From positions 3,840,001-3,904,000 of the forward strand of contig OZ253564.1 in the NCBI GenBank assembly GCA_965262915.1: 64,000 nt of DNA, given 5' to 3'. The position numbers and the translations under genes are program-made. Below, in pieces: positions 10,318-19,357 of the stretch. Source of the DNA: Candidatus Spongiisociaceae bacterium (GTDB taxonomy: Bacteria > Actinomycetota > Acidimicrobiia > Spongiisociales > Spongiisociaceae). The notes under the pieces are model-generated. The model saw only the letters and a list, made by a program, of their open reading frames with translations, ran no database searches and was not told the DNA's origin. Within the stretch, counting starts at the first letter, position 1; each line of letters begins with the position of its first letter.

Positions 10318-10361
10318 ATCGTAATGATATCACATCAGTGTAACTTTAGGTGAACACGCCC
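9532..10361 (-). mobile_element. IS5-family insertion sequence, copy 1 (830 bp)
   Basis: TIR GGGCGTGTTCAC/GTGAACACGCCC; TA duplicated within CTAG on both sides. Confidence 0.92.
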
Positions 10362-11167
10362 TAGTCCATTCGAGGGATTCCAAGCGGACGCCGTCGCCCG
10401 ACGGGATAGCGAGACCATCATAATCGAGATCCGCTCTTCCGATATGAGCGACGTTGTTCGCAATCGCTTCGATCGCCTGGCCGACATCCTCGCCTCCGAG
10501 GCAGGATGGCGGGTCGATCTCGTTACGTTCGACCCTGAAGCACCTCTCCCGAAGCCAGATACGGCTGACGTTGTCCGTCGTGTCGAAGAGGCCCAGCGGG
10601 TTGCTGACTTGTCCCCCGACGCGTCTGTCTTGCTGACGTGGTCGGCTGTGGAAGGCACACTGCTGGACCTGCAGACCCGGCGAGATGCAGCTCGCCGCGA
10701 CCTTCCTCCGGCACGCCAACTCATCCTCGACTTGAAGATTGAGGGTATTCTCAGCGACGCTCAAGCCGACCGTCTCGACCGGTTCGCCAAACTCCGTCAC
10801 GAGATTGCCCACGGGCTACGATCTCGAATGGTCAACCCTGATGAACTCGATTGGGCTGCCCGCTTCGCGCTCGCAGCCACCGAAGGGCAGGTCGCCACGA
10901 TCGAGAACATGATCGAGTGGTTCCGCGAGAACTATGAACCTCCAGATGTCGCCGGCCTCCCATACGACTCAGAAGATGGCAAGTACATGTGGTTTGATCG
11001 TGGACCGCACTACGTCGACGACGTGTTGTGGGAGCACTTTGGTAGCGCCATCGAGTCGGACGTCACCGAAGCCGCGGAGATCCTTGAGTACGAGGGCGGT
11101 GTTCGATGGGCGAAACGTCACCACGGGTGAATCCCTCGTTCGGACCTGATCGACCCCAACTCGGTAG

Positions 11168-11707
11168 CTAGACAGGTGGATGATTGGCCGCTACCCACGA
11201 CAGTTTTGGTCTGACGCTTGCAGTTGGTTTTTCTGCCGCGCTCACGGTTCGACCGAGCCAGATGTTCCTGCCTACAGCGGCCAGTGTGGTCTTGTGGGTC
11301 TGGTAGCCGGGCATGAGGCGTTCGACGGTGGACCAGAACTCGGGGGTGTGGTTCGCCTCGCGGAGGTGGGCGAGTTCGTGGACGAGGACGTAGTCGATGA
11401 GACTTGGGGGGAGTTGGAGGGTGGCCCAGTGGATGTTCATCCGTGGGGGGCCGTCGGAGGGACGGGCTGAGGCCCAGCGGAAACCTAGGTCGCGAACCTC
11501 GACCCTCACGAATTCCTTACCCAGACGTGCGGCCCAGGGGCGGATCCTCTTGCGGAGCCACTTTGTGCCGACGTCGGTGTACCACCGCTGCATGGCCTCG
11601 GCGCCCTGATCGACCTCGCCGACCGGGAGGTCAAATCGGCCCCGGTCGAGGCGCACTCCTTTGCCCTCGGACTTGAGGGTAAGCCGGTAGCTGCGGCCCA
11701 GGCAGGT
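11168..11707 (-). pseudogene. M48/YgjP-like (DUF45) metallopeptidase, 5'-truncated fragment 1
   Basis: LGRSYRL...RDLGFRWAS...IDYVLVHELAHLREANHTPEFW; the N-terminus of the family is missing. Confidence 0.75.
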
Positions 11708-11920
11708 ATCCAGGTTTGTCCGTCGGCCTGACCGAGCCGGCAAACTCTCGGGGAGCCGCGACTGGCGACCACTGCTCGTGGGTCTTGCCTGGCGTCCACG
11801 ACCCGTGTGGGCAGAACGCCCGCGGTGGCTTTACCCTTGAAAGGCGTAACCCCGGCCGTTTGCCGAGGCATTGACGGTTCCGGGGTCTTCGGATATTACT
11901 GTAAATCTGCTGTGGGACAG

Positions 11921-12593
11921 ATGTCAAGCGTCAATCACCAGGTGGTCGCCGACCGCCTCACGCGGGACCGGCTCGACTCGTACCTCCAAGCGACCGGGGG
12001 CAGCGTAACGTTAGCCATCGACCTGTACGATTGGAATACCCTGGCAGGTGCCGCCCTTCACGAGGACCTCGGCCGCCTTGAGGTCCTCTTCCGAAACGCG
12101 ATGGACGATGCGCTCGTCAGACACGGCTCGGCCCGAGCGTGGCAGAGTCCCTGGTACCGGCAAGGGCGTCTCTTTCAAGGTCGACAGAAGTCCCGGGCCA
12201 GAGTTGACATTTCCGATGCTCGCCGACGCGCAACCAGGCGAGGTCGGCCCGAGTTGCACGGCAAGGTAATCGCCGAACTCGGATTCGGGTTCTGGAGGTA
12301 CCTGTGCAGCTCGCAGTACTTAACTTCGCTGTGGGTGCCCGCCCTTGCCTCTGGTTTCGCTCAACACCCATCGCCCAATGACCCGCAACAGATCCGGACT
12401 GACGTGGAGGATCGTGTCCAACCTCTCCACCTCCTTCGGAACCGGATCGCGCATCACGAGCCGATACACCGGCGCGATCTGGCGCGCGATCACGACCAGC
12501 TGCTGGAAGTGGTCGGATGGATTTTGCTCCGACAGCCATTCCTGGGTCGTCGCGCGGAGCCGAACACCAGCCGTCCTCGCTTCCCGGCCCTGA
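11921..12593 (+). CDS. Abi-like (HEPN, AbiD/Abi_2-type) protein with an apparent +1 frameshift at 12522-12525
   Basis: RLDSYL...LYDWN...LEVLFRNA...LGFGFWRYL...LRNRIAHHEP; removing one T gives GWICSDSHSWV...SRP* ending at 12593. Confidence 0.75.
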
Positions 12594-12596
12594 CCG

Positions 12597-12905
12597 TCAA
12601 CGGCGTTCGACGATGGACCAGAACTCAGGAGTGTGGTTCGCCTCGCGGAGGTGGGCGAGTTCGTGGACGAGGACGTAGTCGATGAGACTTGGGGGGAGTT
12701 GGAGGGTGGCCCAGTGGATGTTGATTCGTTGGGCACCGGGCTGCGGACGGGCTGAGCCCCAGCGGAAGCCGAGGTCGCGAACCTCGACCCTCACGGAGTT
12801 CTCACCCATGCGGGCAGCCCAGGGACGGATCCTCTTGTTGAGCCACTTGGTGCCGACTTCGGTGTACCAGCGGCGCATTCTCTCGGCTCCTCGATCCAAC
12901 TCTGC
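12597..12905 (-). pseudogene. M48/YgjP-like metallopeptidase, fragment 2
   Basis: RWYTEVGTKWL...HELAHLREANHTPEFW; close direct repeat of 11320-11590. Confidence 0.75.
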
Positions 12906-12906
12906 A

Positions 12907-13158
12907 GCTAGTGCCGGTCTGACCGCATAGTTGTCCTGCCGATCGGGCTGTCCGACCGTTCAGCGGTATCTCTTCGCATCGATTGAGAGCACGTGACAGG
13001 AGGGTCTGGCGACCGCCGTCCCTCCATACCTGGCCGATCACCCCGCCGGGAGCACGAATCCGGTCGCCGTTCTCGAGGGCAGTCTGCAATCGGGACAGCA
13101 GGTCACGGCGACCGCGGTCGACGGCGATGAGTGCTCCGGTGTCGAGGACGATGGTCAT
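12907..13158 (-). pseudogene. PIN toxin of the repeated TA family, 3'-truncated and fused to the M48 fragment
   Basis: MTIVLDTGALIAVDRG...LCGQTGTS, then homology stops before the DVIDAS and LTSD motifs. Confidence 0.8.
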
Positions 13159-13439
13159 TCCCCGTACAGGCTAAGCCGGGCGGCCTCCAGCTCCTCGTTG
13201 GTCAACGCCCCATTCTCCTCCTGCCACTCAGCGAGCAGCCGGCCGAGACCCTCCAGGGCCTCCCGATGCTTCTGAGGTTTGTTGTAGAAGTTGTCAGGGT
13301 TGCTGAGGCTGGCCTGGTGGACCTCTTCCATAGCCGCGGCCAGGTGCGGATCCATCTCTCCGTTGGTACCCGTCACAACTATGGCGTAGAGTTTCGGCAC
13401 CTCCTCGAGTGCGGGCTCGCGTGCTTGCCGGGTATCCAT
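13155..13439 (-). CDS. Antitoxin, repeated TA family, copy 2
   Basis: MDTRQ...LAAAMEEV...REALEGLGRLLAEWQEENGALTNEELEAARLSLYGE; ATGA overlap with the toxin; promoter TTGAAG-17-TACGTT at 13475-13447. Confidence 0.8.
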   Translation of the reverse strand: MDTRQAREPALEEVPKLYAIVVTGTNGEMDPHLAAAMEEVHQASLSNPDNFYNKPQKHREALEGLGRLLAEWQEENGALTNEELEAARLSLYGE

Positions 13440-13610
13440 ACCGGTCAACGTACCCCATCCTCGTACCGCCTTCAAGGGTGTCGTGAGGCACGGACTCTGC
13501 ACCACCGTGATCTCCTCCGCCAAGGGAACGGACCCGAGTCGGTGAGGTCGTCTATCAATCGTCAACGTACGGAACAGGCGTCAAGTACCAGCCAACGCGA
13601 GCAGCGTCGC

Positions 13611-14024
13611 TTATCCCGAGCGGAAGCTCTCAGCGATTCGAAGCAACGACCTCATAGACCTCAGGACCCGCTTCGTTTCGGAGATGGTTGGATTGCGATC
13701 GTCGTACTGAGCCTTGTACTTGACAGATAGCAACATACGTAAATGATATCCGGCATCCTGACCCATCCCTGGTGTCTCGCTTAGCAGCGCCACAGCCTTC
13801 TTATGGTCGCTGCTGGCAGAGCGTTTCCCGAGAGCGATACAGCAGATTACATCGGTGCCGGCCACCCCGGCCAACACTGCATTGCTCACAGCCACGGACC
13901 GCTGCGGCCCGGATTCTGACAACGGATCCAACTCAGCCGCGAGCGCGAACGCCTGCGCCTTCTCGAACCGAGCTGCAGCGTAGGCGTTGTTACACGGTAC
14001 CGTCCGTCCGCTCCCACGGGTCAT
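13611..14024 (-). CDS. HEPN-domain protein (partner of the nucleotidyltransferase)
   Basis: AVLAGVAGTDVICC..LG.RS...DH..AV.LL...LL..KYKAQY helical HEPN pattern; ATGA overlap with the MNT gene. Confidence 0.65.
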   Translation of the reverse strand: MTRGSGRTVPCNNAYAAARFEKAQAFALAAELDPLSESGPQRSVAVSNAVLAGVAGTDVICCIALGKRSASSDHKKAVALLSETPGMGQDAGYHLRMLLSVKYKAQYDDRNPTISETKRVLRSMRSLLRIAESFRSG

Positions 14025-14380
14025 ACGCCATATGTGAGCAGGTCGATGCCATCTCGGTCAAGGGAGCCAGCAAGCCCGGACGAGAGATGCTCGTACTCGT
14101 TATGTGTGTATACCAAGGGGATGCAGACCCTTCCGGCAACATCGTCCACGATCTGAGCCACCCTCATGGATATATCCCATCGGGCGTCGTCATCAGAGTT
14201 GTCCGGCCAGACCAGCAACAGATCAACGTCGCTATCCGGTCGCTCCTCTCCGCGTGCTACCGAGCCGAACAGTATCGCTCGGGAAACCCCGTCGGCGTGA
14301 TCTCGTACAGCTGAGGCGATCCGTGCAGGCAAGGCAGCCTCACCGGCACCGACGAGGCGCTCGACCCCCATGGTGTCCAT
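14021..14380 (-). CDS. Minimal nucleotidyltransferase (MNT)
   Basis: LFGSVARGEERPDSDVDLL; AGGGAGG RBS before ATG 14380. Confidence 0.85.
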   Translation of the reverse strand: MDTMGVERLVGAGEAALPARIASAVRDHADGVSRAILFGSVARGEERPDSDVDLLLVWPDNSDDDARWDISMRVAQIVDDVAGRVCIPLVYTHNEYEHLSSGLAGSLDRDGIDLLTYGV

Positions 14381-14729
14381 GTCCGCCTCCCTTTCTGTTG
14401 CGACCTCCAACATAGCGCCCACCGCCTTGGTTGCTTCCACGCTCTGCCTGCGGACACCTCGCCGGAACGGGAATTGCCGACTCGGCTCGTCATGGTGGCC
14501 CCGTTCGGAGGGCGACAGCCGCGGGACCACGAGCATGGCGTCGACCGTAGACCTCGGGGCACTGCAAACCCTCATCCGGGTAGTGAATGAACGAAGCCCG
14601 GATACGACAAGAATCCTCCTTCGCTCCAAGCGAGGAGTGTCCCGTAGATCACCCCAGTCCAAAGCCATCCCCGGGCGGATGATCTATCAACCGCCACAGA
14701 CCGACCCGGCGGGCACCTGCGGCGGGCTC

Positions 14730-14805
14730 GCGATGAGGGGGCTCCAGTCGGGAATGACGGTCATTCGCCGTACAAGCCGAGCCGGGCGGTCTCCAACTCC
14801 TCGTC
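14730..14805 (-). pseudogene. Relic of the repeated TA unit: antitoxin 3' end plus decayed toxin start
   Basis: Encodes DEELETARLGLYGE*, then ATGA-CCGTCATTCCCGAC..., matching the 13200-13130 junction. Confidence 0.7.
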
Positions 14806-15843
14806 GGTGGTCTCGGTCCCGCCCATGTCCCGGGTGCCGACCTCACGGTCGGCCAGCACCTCCGCGATCGCTCTGCCGACCGCGTCAGCCGCCTGGTTCT
14901 CGCCCAGATGGTCCAGCATCATGCGCACCGCTTCGATCGACGCGATCGGGTTCACCCGCCGCTCACCCGTGTACTTGGGCGCCGAGCCATGGATCGGTTC
15001 GAACATCGACGGGAGCCTGTGCTCCGGGTCGACGTTGCCGCCCGCAGCGAACCCCATGCCTCCCTGCAGCATGGCGCCGAGATCGATGATGATGTCGCCG
15101 AACAGGTAGGAGGCCACAATTACGTCGAACCACTCCGGGTTCTTCACCATCCACATCGACAATGCGTCAACCAGCGCCATGTCCGTCTCCACGTCCGGGT
15201 AGCCGGCCGCCACCTCGTCGAACACCGAGTCCCAGAACACCATCGAATAGTTGAGCGCGTTCGACTTGGTGCAGTTGGTAACCCTGCCAACCGGCGCCTC
15301 GGCGCCCAGCTTGGAACGCGATCGGGCCAACTCGAACGAGTAACGCATCACCCGCTCGCAGCCCTTGTAGGTGAACACGGCCGTTTGCATCGCCACCGCA
15401 TCCGGCGTGCCCGCCTTGAACACCCCACCCTGCGCGGCATACTCGCCCTCGGTGTTCTCCCGCACCACCACCATGTCCAGCGTCTCCGGTGTAGCTGTGC
15501 GGATCGGTGTTGCGACCCCCGGGTACAGCCGAATCGGCCTCAGGTTGACGTACTGGTCGAACCCGCGCCGTACCCCGAGTATCAACTCCAGCGACAAATG
15601 GTCGGGCACCTTGGACACGTCACCCACGGAACCGAAGAATATCGCATCGAACGCGGCCAGGGTGTCGAGATAGTCGTCCGGCATCATCTTCCCGTCGGCT
15701 AGGTACCGGTCGCAGCCCCAGTCGAACCACTCCGTCTGCACGGAGAAGCCGTACCGTTGTGCGGCCGCTCGGAGAGCCCGCTCCGCCTCCTCCGAAACCT
15801 CCGGACCCACACCATCCGCCGGAATCACAGCTATCCGATACAC
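14761..15843 (-). CDS. Tartrate/isopropylmalate dehydrogenase family, copy 2 (chimeric C-terminus, possibly decaying)
   Basis: Near-identical to 7523-8599, but ASYLFGDIIIDL replaces ASNLFGDIITDL and the last helix is replaced by an antitoxin tail. Confidence 0.8.
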   Translation of the reverse strand: MYRIAVIPADGVGPEVSEEAERALRAAAQRYGFSVQTEWFDWGCDRYLADGKMMPDDYLDTLAAFDAIFFGSVGDVSKVPDHLSLELILGVRRGFDQYVNLRPIRLYPGVATPIRTATPETLDMVVVRENTEGEYAAQGGVFKAGTPDAVAMQTAVFTYKGCERVMRYSFELARSRSKLGAEAPVGRVTNCTKSNALNYSMVFWDSVFDEVAAGYPDVETDMALVDALSMWMVKNPEWFDVIVASYLFGDIIIDLGAMLQGGMGFAAGGNVDPEHRLPSMFEPIHGSAPKYTGERRVNPIASIEAVRMMLDHLGENQAADAVGRAIAEVLADREVGTRDMGGTETTDEELETARLGLYGE

Positions 15844-15983
15844 CCTGAGACCTCTCACTCGCGATACCCGCGGCACCGTAACACCATCGGATGTTGCGGC
15901 TCAAACTGTCCGCCTATCAGGAGGAACCGCCCTGGGCTGCGTCGACTCGTGGCTGTTGAACCCCAGGACTAACACGATCCCTC

Positions 15984-16388
15984 ATGCCAATGAGGATGAT
16001 GTACGGACCCCGCCAGATCCTCCAAACCCTCACTCCCGACACGAAGTTAGCCGGCATGATCTTCGACCGGAGGGGCCGTCCCCTCTGGTTGGGCCGAAAC
16101 CAGCGATTGGGCAACATTGCCCAACGCCTCGCCGTCGCCATCCGCGACGGCGGCTGCTTCGAGTGCGGCGCCCCCATGCACAGATGCGAACTCCACCACA
16201 TGAAGGAATGGCACCGCGACCAAGGACCCACCAACATCGACAACCTCGTCGCCGTCTGCCGCCGCCACCACAAATGGTTAGAATCCAACAACCTCGTAGT
16301 CCAGAGAACCCCCAACGGCTACCAAACCCAACCCCGCGCCGGTCGACAAGCCAATCCGAAGCCCCCGAAACCGCTCGAACCAGGCTGA
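15984..16388 (+). pseudogene. C-terminal HNH endonuclease fragment of a DUF222-type protein
   Basis: PLWLGR..R....QRLAVAIRDGGCFECG....CELHH..EW....GPTNIDNLVAVCRRHH; the long N-terminal domain is absent. Confidence 0.75.
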
Positions 16389-16633
16389 CAAAGCCTCGCG
16401 ACTCCCAGTACGGACGACATTGGACGAAGGGCCGGGGCGGCGGTTACAGGACAATTCCCAGGCACCGGAGCGATCGTGTCACTCTTCGCCCTGCTAACCG
16501 CGACACAGTTTCCAGACGGTCACCGGGTACCATGATCTCTCAGACAATCCGGCCGGGAGTTGCCAGCGCCGCTGTAGACATATCGACCGGTGTCGCTCCG
16601 GTATCTTGGGCGAGAGTAGGAGGGAAGCGGGAG

Positions 16634-19351
16634 GTGAGCGCTTCATGGGATTGGCCCGGGTCGCGCTGGTGGCGGGTCGATCTGCACTGTCACTCGCCGG
16701 CATCCCACGACTTTAGGTCCGACCAGGCCTCGTCTGCCCCTGACTGGATCGGCTGGGTAGAAGCCGCTCGCGATGCGGGTCTAGATGCTGTTGCCGTGAC
16801 CGACCACAATACAGCGACCGGAATTGAACACCTGCAGAAGGTGGCCGCACAGGTGGAGAACGCGCCCGTGCTATTCCCCGGCGTCGAACTCACAACTGCG
16901 GACCGCTGTCACTTGTTGCTGCTTATGGACCCGGCGCGCGAACGAAGACACATCGAAGATCTGCTCTCGAGGTTGGAGGTCCCGGTTGACGGGCGGGGCA
17001 ATCCGGAAACTGGTTCACCTCTCAGCACCCAGCAGGTCTTGGACCGGTGCAACGACCGCGTGATCGTCATTGCAGCACATGTGAACGGTCCGCGTGGGCT
17101 GTTGACGGAACACACCGGCCAGCCAAGAATTCGGGAGCTCGGGGAGCGTCGGCTGGCTGCAGCGGAAGTGGATCCTGCCCAGGAAATCGATCGTAGGTGG
17201 ATTGACGGCAGTCTTCCGGAGGTTGGACGCCAGATACCGGAAGTGCAGTCTTCAGACAGCCACTGCCTAGCGGACCTGGGCCGCCGCCACACGTGGGTGA
17301 AGATGACCCGCCCAGATCTGGACGGTCTCCGTTTGGCACTGCTGGACGGACCAGGGTCCCTGCTGAAGACCACCGGAGGCGATGCACACGATCCCAACGA
17401 TCAGCGGGCTGCCCTTGCCATCGAAAGTGTTGTAGTCGATTCCGCCAGACACATGGGCCGTCCATCCCCGACCCGGATCGACTTGAACCCCTGGCTCAAC
17501 GTGATCATAGGAGGGCGCGGTACCGGCAAATCAACGCTCGTGGACTTCTGTCGAAAGACGTTGCGGCGGGACAATGAACTCGACGATGTGAAGCGCAGCG
17601 AGGACGGTGCCTTGCGTAGCCTGTTCGACCGTCGATTGAGGGTACCCTCCCGGCGCGATCAGGAAGGCCTTCTTGCCAGAGAAACGAGGGTCGAGGTCAG
17701 ATACCGGAAGGACGACACCCGGTTCAGCCTCGCCTGGAACCAGGATGGATCGGCCCATCCGATAACGCTGATCGACGGTGATGCCCTGCGGGAGGAAGAG
17801 GGCGACATCCGTGAGCTGTTTCCCGCACGTATCTACAGCCAGAAACAGCTGTTCGCGATAGCCCAGGATCCGAAGGCGCTCCTCACCGTCATCGACGACA
17901 GCCCGGAGGTGAACGGCACCGACCTTCGACGTCGTAGGGGCGAACTGAGAGACCGTTACCTCGCCCTGCGAGCGGGAGCGCGCTCGGAAGCCCGCAAGGC
18001 TCGGGAACGGCCCAACCGTACCGCCGCGCTGGCCGACGTGCGACGGAAGCTCAAAGTTCTCGAGGAGGGTGGACAGGCACAAATACTCAACGACTATCGA
18101 CATCAGCGCCGCTCTCACAGCGATTGGGACACGATCCTCGAGTTCTCCGAGTCCACGCTGGATGCTGTCGAGCAAAGCGTCGAGGACCTGTCGGTTCCTG
18201 ACCTGGACAGCAGCGACGACAGCCACCCCGACGGTCAGCAATTGACGCGCCTGCACACCTTGCTGGTAACGACCTTCGAGGGGGCGCGATCCGACTTGAG
18301 CAGGGTTCTCCGGAAGGTACGGCGAGATCTCGACGCCATCCGATCAGGCCCCGATGCCGTGCAGTGGCAGGAGCGTCTGGAATCCAGCTATAGAGAATTC
18401 GAGAGGGTGAAAGCCGAACTCGAGGCCGAAGGAATCTCGGATCCGAACGATTACTCGCAACTGCTCGTGCATGAGAGCCGTCTCCGGAATGAGATCGAAG
18501 GGTTGGTCGAAGCGGAGGCTCGCGCTACAGAACTTGAAAGAGAAGCTGCCGAAGTCTTGGCCGCCTACCGGAATGTCCGCCGAGAACTGAGTGATCGGCG
18601 TCGCCGGTTCGCCCTCGACACTTCCACCGACACCATCAGGGTTGAGGTTGGAGCATTCGGAGACACCCGGGACCTCCTAGAGGATCTGGGGGACAGGCTC
18701 GGAACGGAAGGGTTCGAGAGAGACCGCCGGGTTCTGGCAAGAATGATCGAACCCGATGAGAGCACGGGGTGGGATTGGCAGCATCTCGATGAAGTGGTGG
18801 AGCAGATGGCGTCGGTCTCGGCGGGCGATCCAGCCAATTGGGACATTCGGGATGTGCGATTCGTGAATAAGCTTCAGAGTACGGAACCCGAGAAGCTGGA
18901 CCGGATCGCGCTGTACCTTCCGGACGACATGGTGACGGTTAGCTTCCGAGACCATCCGAATACGGGTTGGCGGTGCCTGGAGCAGGGCTCGCCGGGCCAG
19001 CAGACAGCCGCATTGCTGGCGTTCGTCCTGGGGTACGGAAGCGAGCCAATCGTCCTCGACCAGCCCGAGGACGACTTGGACAACACCCTGATCTACGACC
19101 TACTGGTGACCAGCCTGCGCCAAACCAAGAAGGCCCGCCAGATCATCATCGTGACCCACAATCCCAACATCGTCGTTCATGGAGACGCTGAACTCGTCAT
19201 ATCGCTGGAGTCGGGCCGAGGCCAGAGCCATGTGAACTCGATCGGAGGCCTGCAGGAAAGCAAGGTACGAGCCGAGGTCTGCAGGGTGATGGAAGGCGGC
19301 CAGGAGGCCTTCGAGAGCCGTTACCGGCGGATCATGCCGCCCACGATGTGA
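16634..19351 (+). CDS. PHP-domain + SMC/ABC-type ATPase fusion (TrlF / Ppl-like)
   Basis: GTG after GGGAG; WWRVDLHCHSPAS, VTDHN, GVEL, AAH, SSDSH (PHP); GGRGTGKST Walker A, SPGQ signature, LDQPEDDLD Walker B, VTHN. Confidence 0.88.
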   Translation: MSASWDWPGSRWWRVDLHCHSPASHDFRSDQASSAPDWIGWVEAARDAGLDAVAVTDHNTATGIEHLQKVAAQVENAPVLFPGVELTTADRCHLLLLMDPARERRHIEDLLSRLEVPVDGRGNPETGSPLSTQQVLDRCNDRVIVIAAHVNGPRGLLTEHTGQPRIRELGERRLAAAEVDPAQEIDRRWIDGSLPEVGRQIPEVQSSDSHCLADLGRRHTWVKMTRPDLDGLRLALLDGPGSLLKTTGGDAHDPNDQRAALAIESVVVDSARHMGRPSPTRIDLNPWLNVIIGGRGTGKSTLVDFCRKTLRRDNELDDVKRSEDGALRSLFDRRLRVPSRRDQEGLLARETRVEVRYRKDDTRFSLAWNQDGSAHPITLIDGDALREEEGDIRELFPARIYSQKQLFAIAQDPKALLTVIDDSPEVNGTDLRRRRGELRDRYLALRAGARSEARKARERPNRTAALADVRRKLKVLEEGGQAQILNDYRHQRRSHSDWDTILEFSESTLDAVEQSVEDLSVPDLDSSDDSHPDGQQLTRLHTLLVTTFEGARSDLSRVLRKVRRDLDAIRSGPDAVQWQERLESSYREFERVKAELEAEGISDPNDYSQLLVHESRLRNEIEGLVEAEARATELEREAAEVLAAYRNVRRELSDRRRRFALDTSTDTIRVEVGAFGDTRDLLEDLGDRLGTEGFERDRRVLARMIEPDESTGWDWQHLDEVVEQMASVSAGDPANWDIRDVRFVNKLQSTEPEKLDRIALYLPDDMVTVSFRDHPNTGWRCLEQGSPGQQTAALLAFVLGYGSEPIVLDQPEDDLDNTLIYDLLVTSLRQTKKARQIIIVTHNPNIVVHGDAELVISLESGRGQSHVNSIGGLQESKVRAEVCRVMEGGQEAFESRYRRIMPPTM

Positions 19352-19357
19352 CCTCGC

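Larger units (their letters stand above)
9435..11130 (+). pseudogene. Restriction-endonuclease-fold (REase_AHJR-like) + HEPN-like protein, interrupted by IS5
   Basis: Removing the IS and one TA gives an in-frame MSNRL...YEEEGYEVTVGQRLPSPFEGFQADAVARRDSETIIIEIR-SSDMSDVV..., joining the 10444 ORF, which contains LRHEIAHG (RxxxxH). Confidence 0.7.

Noticed and set aside
15956-16633. N-terminal 226 aa of the 1131-aa ORF
   Set aside because: Low-complexity read-through overlapping the HNH fragment in another frame; the PHP-ATPase starts at GTG 16634 with an RBS. It is not an HNH-PHP fusion.
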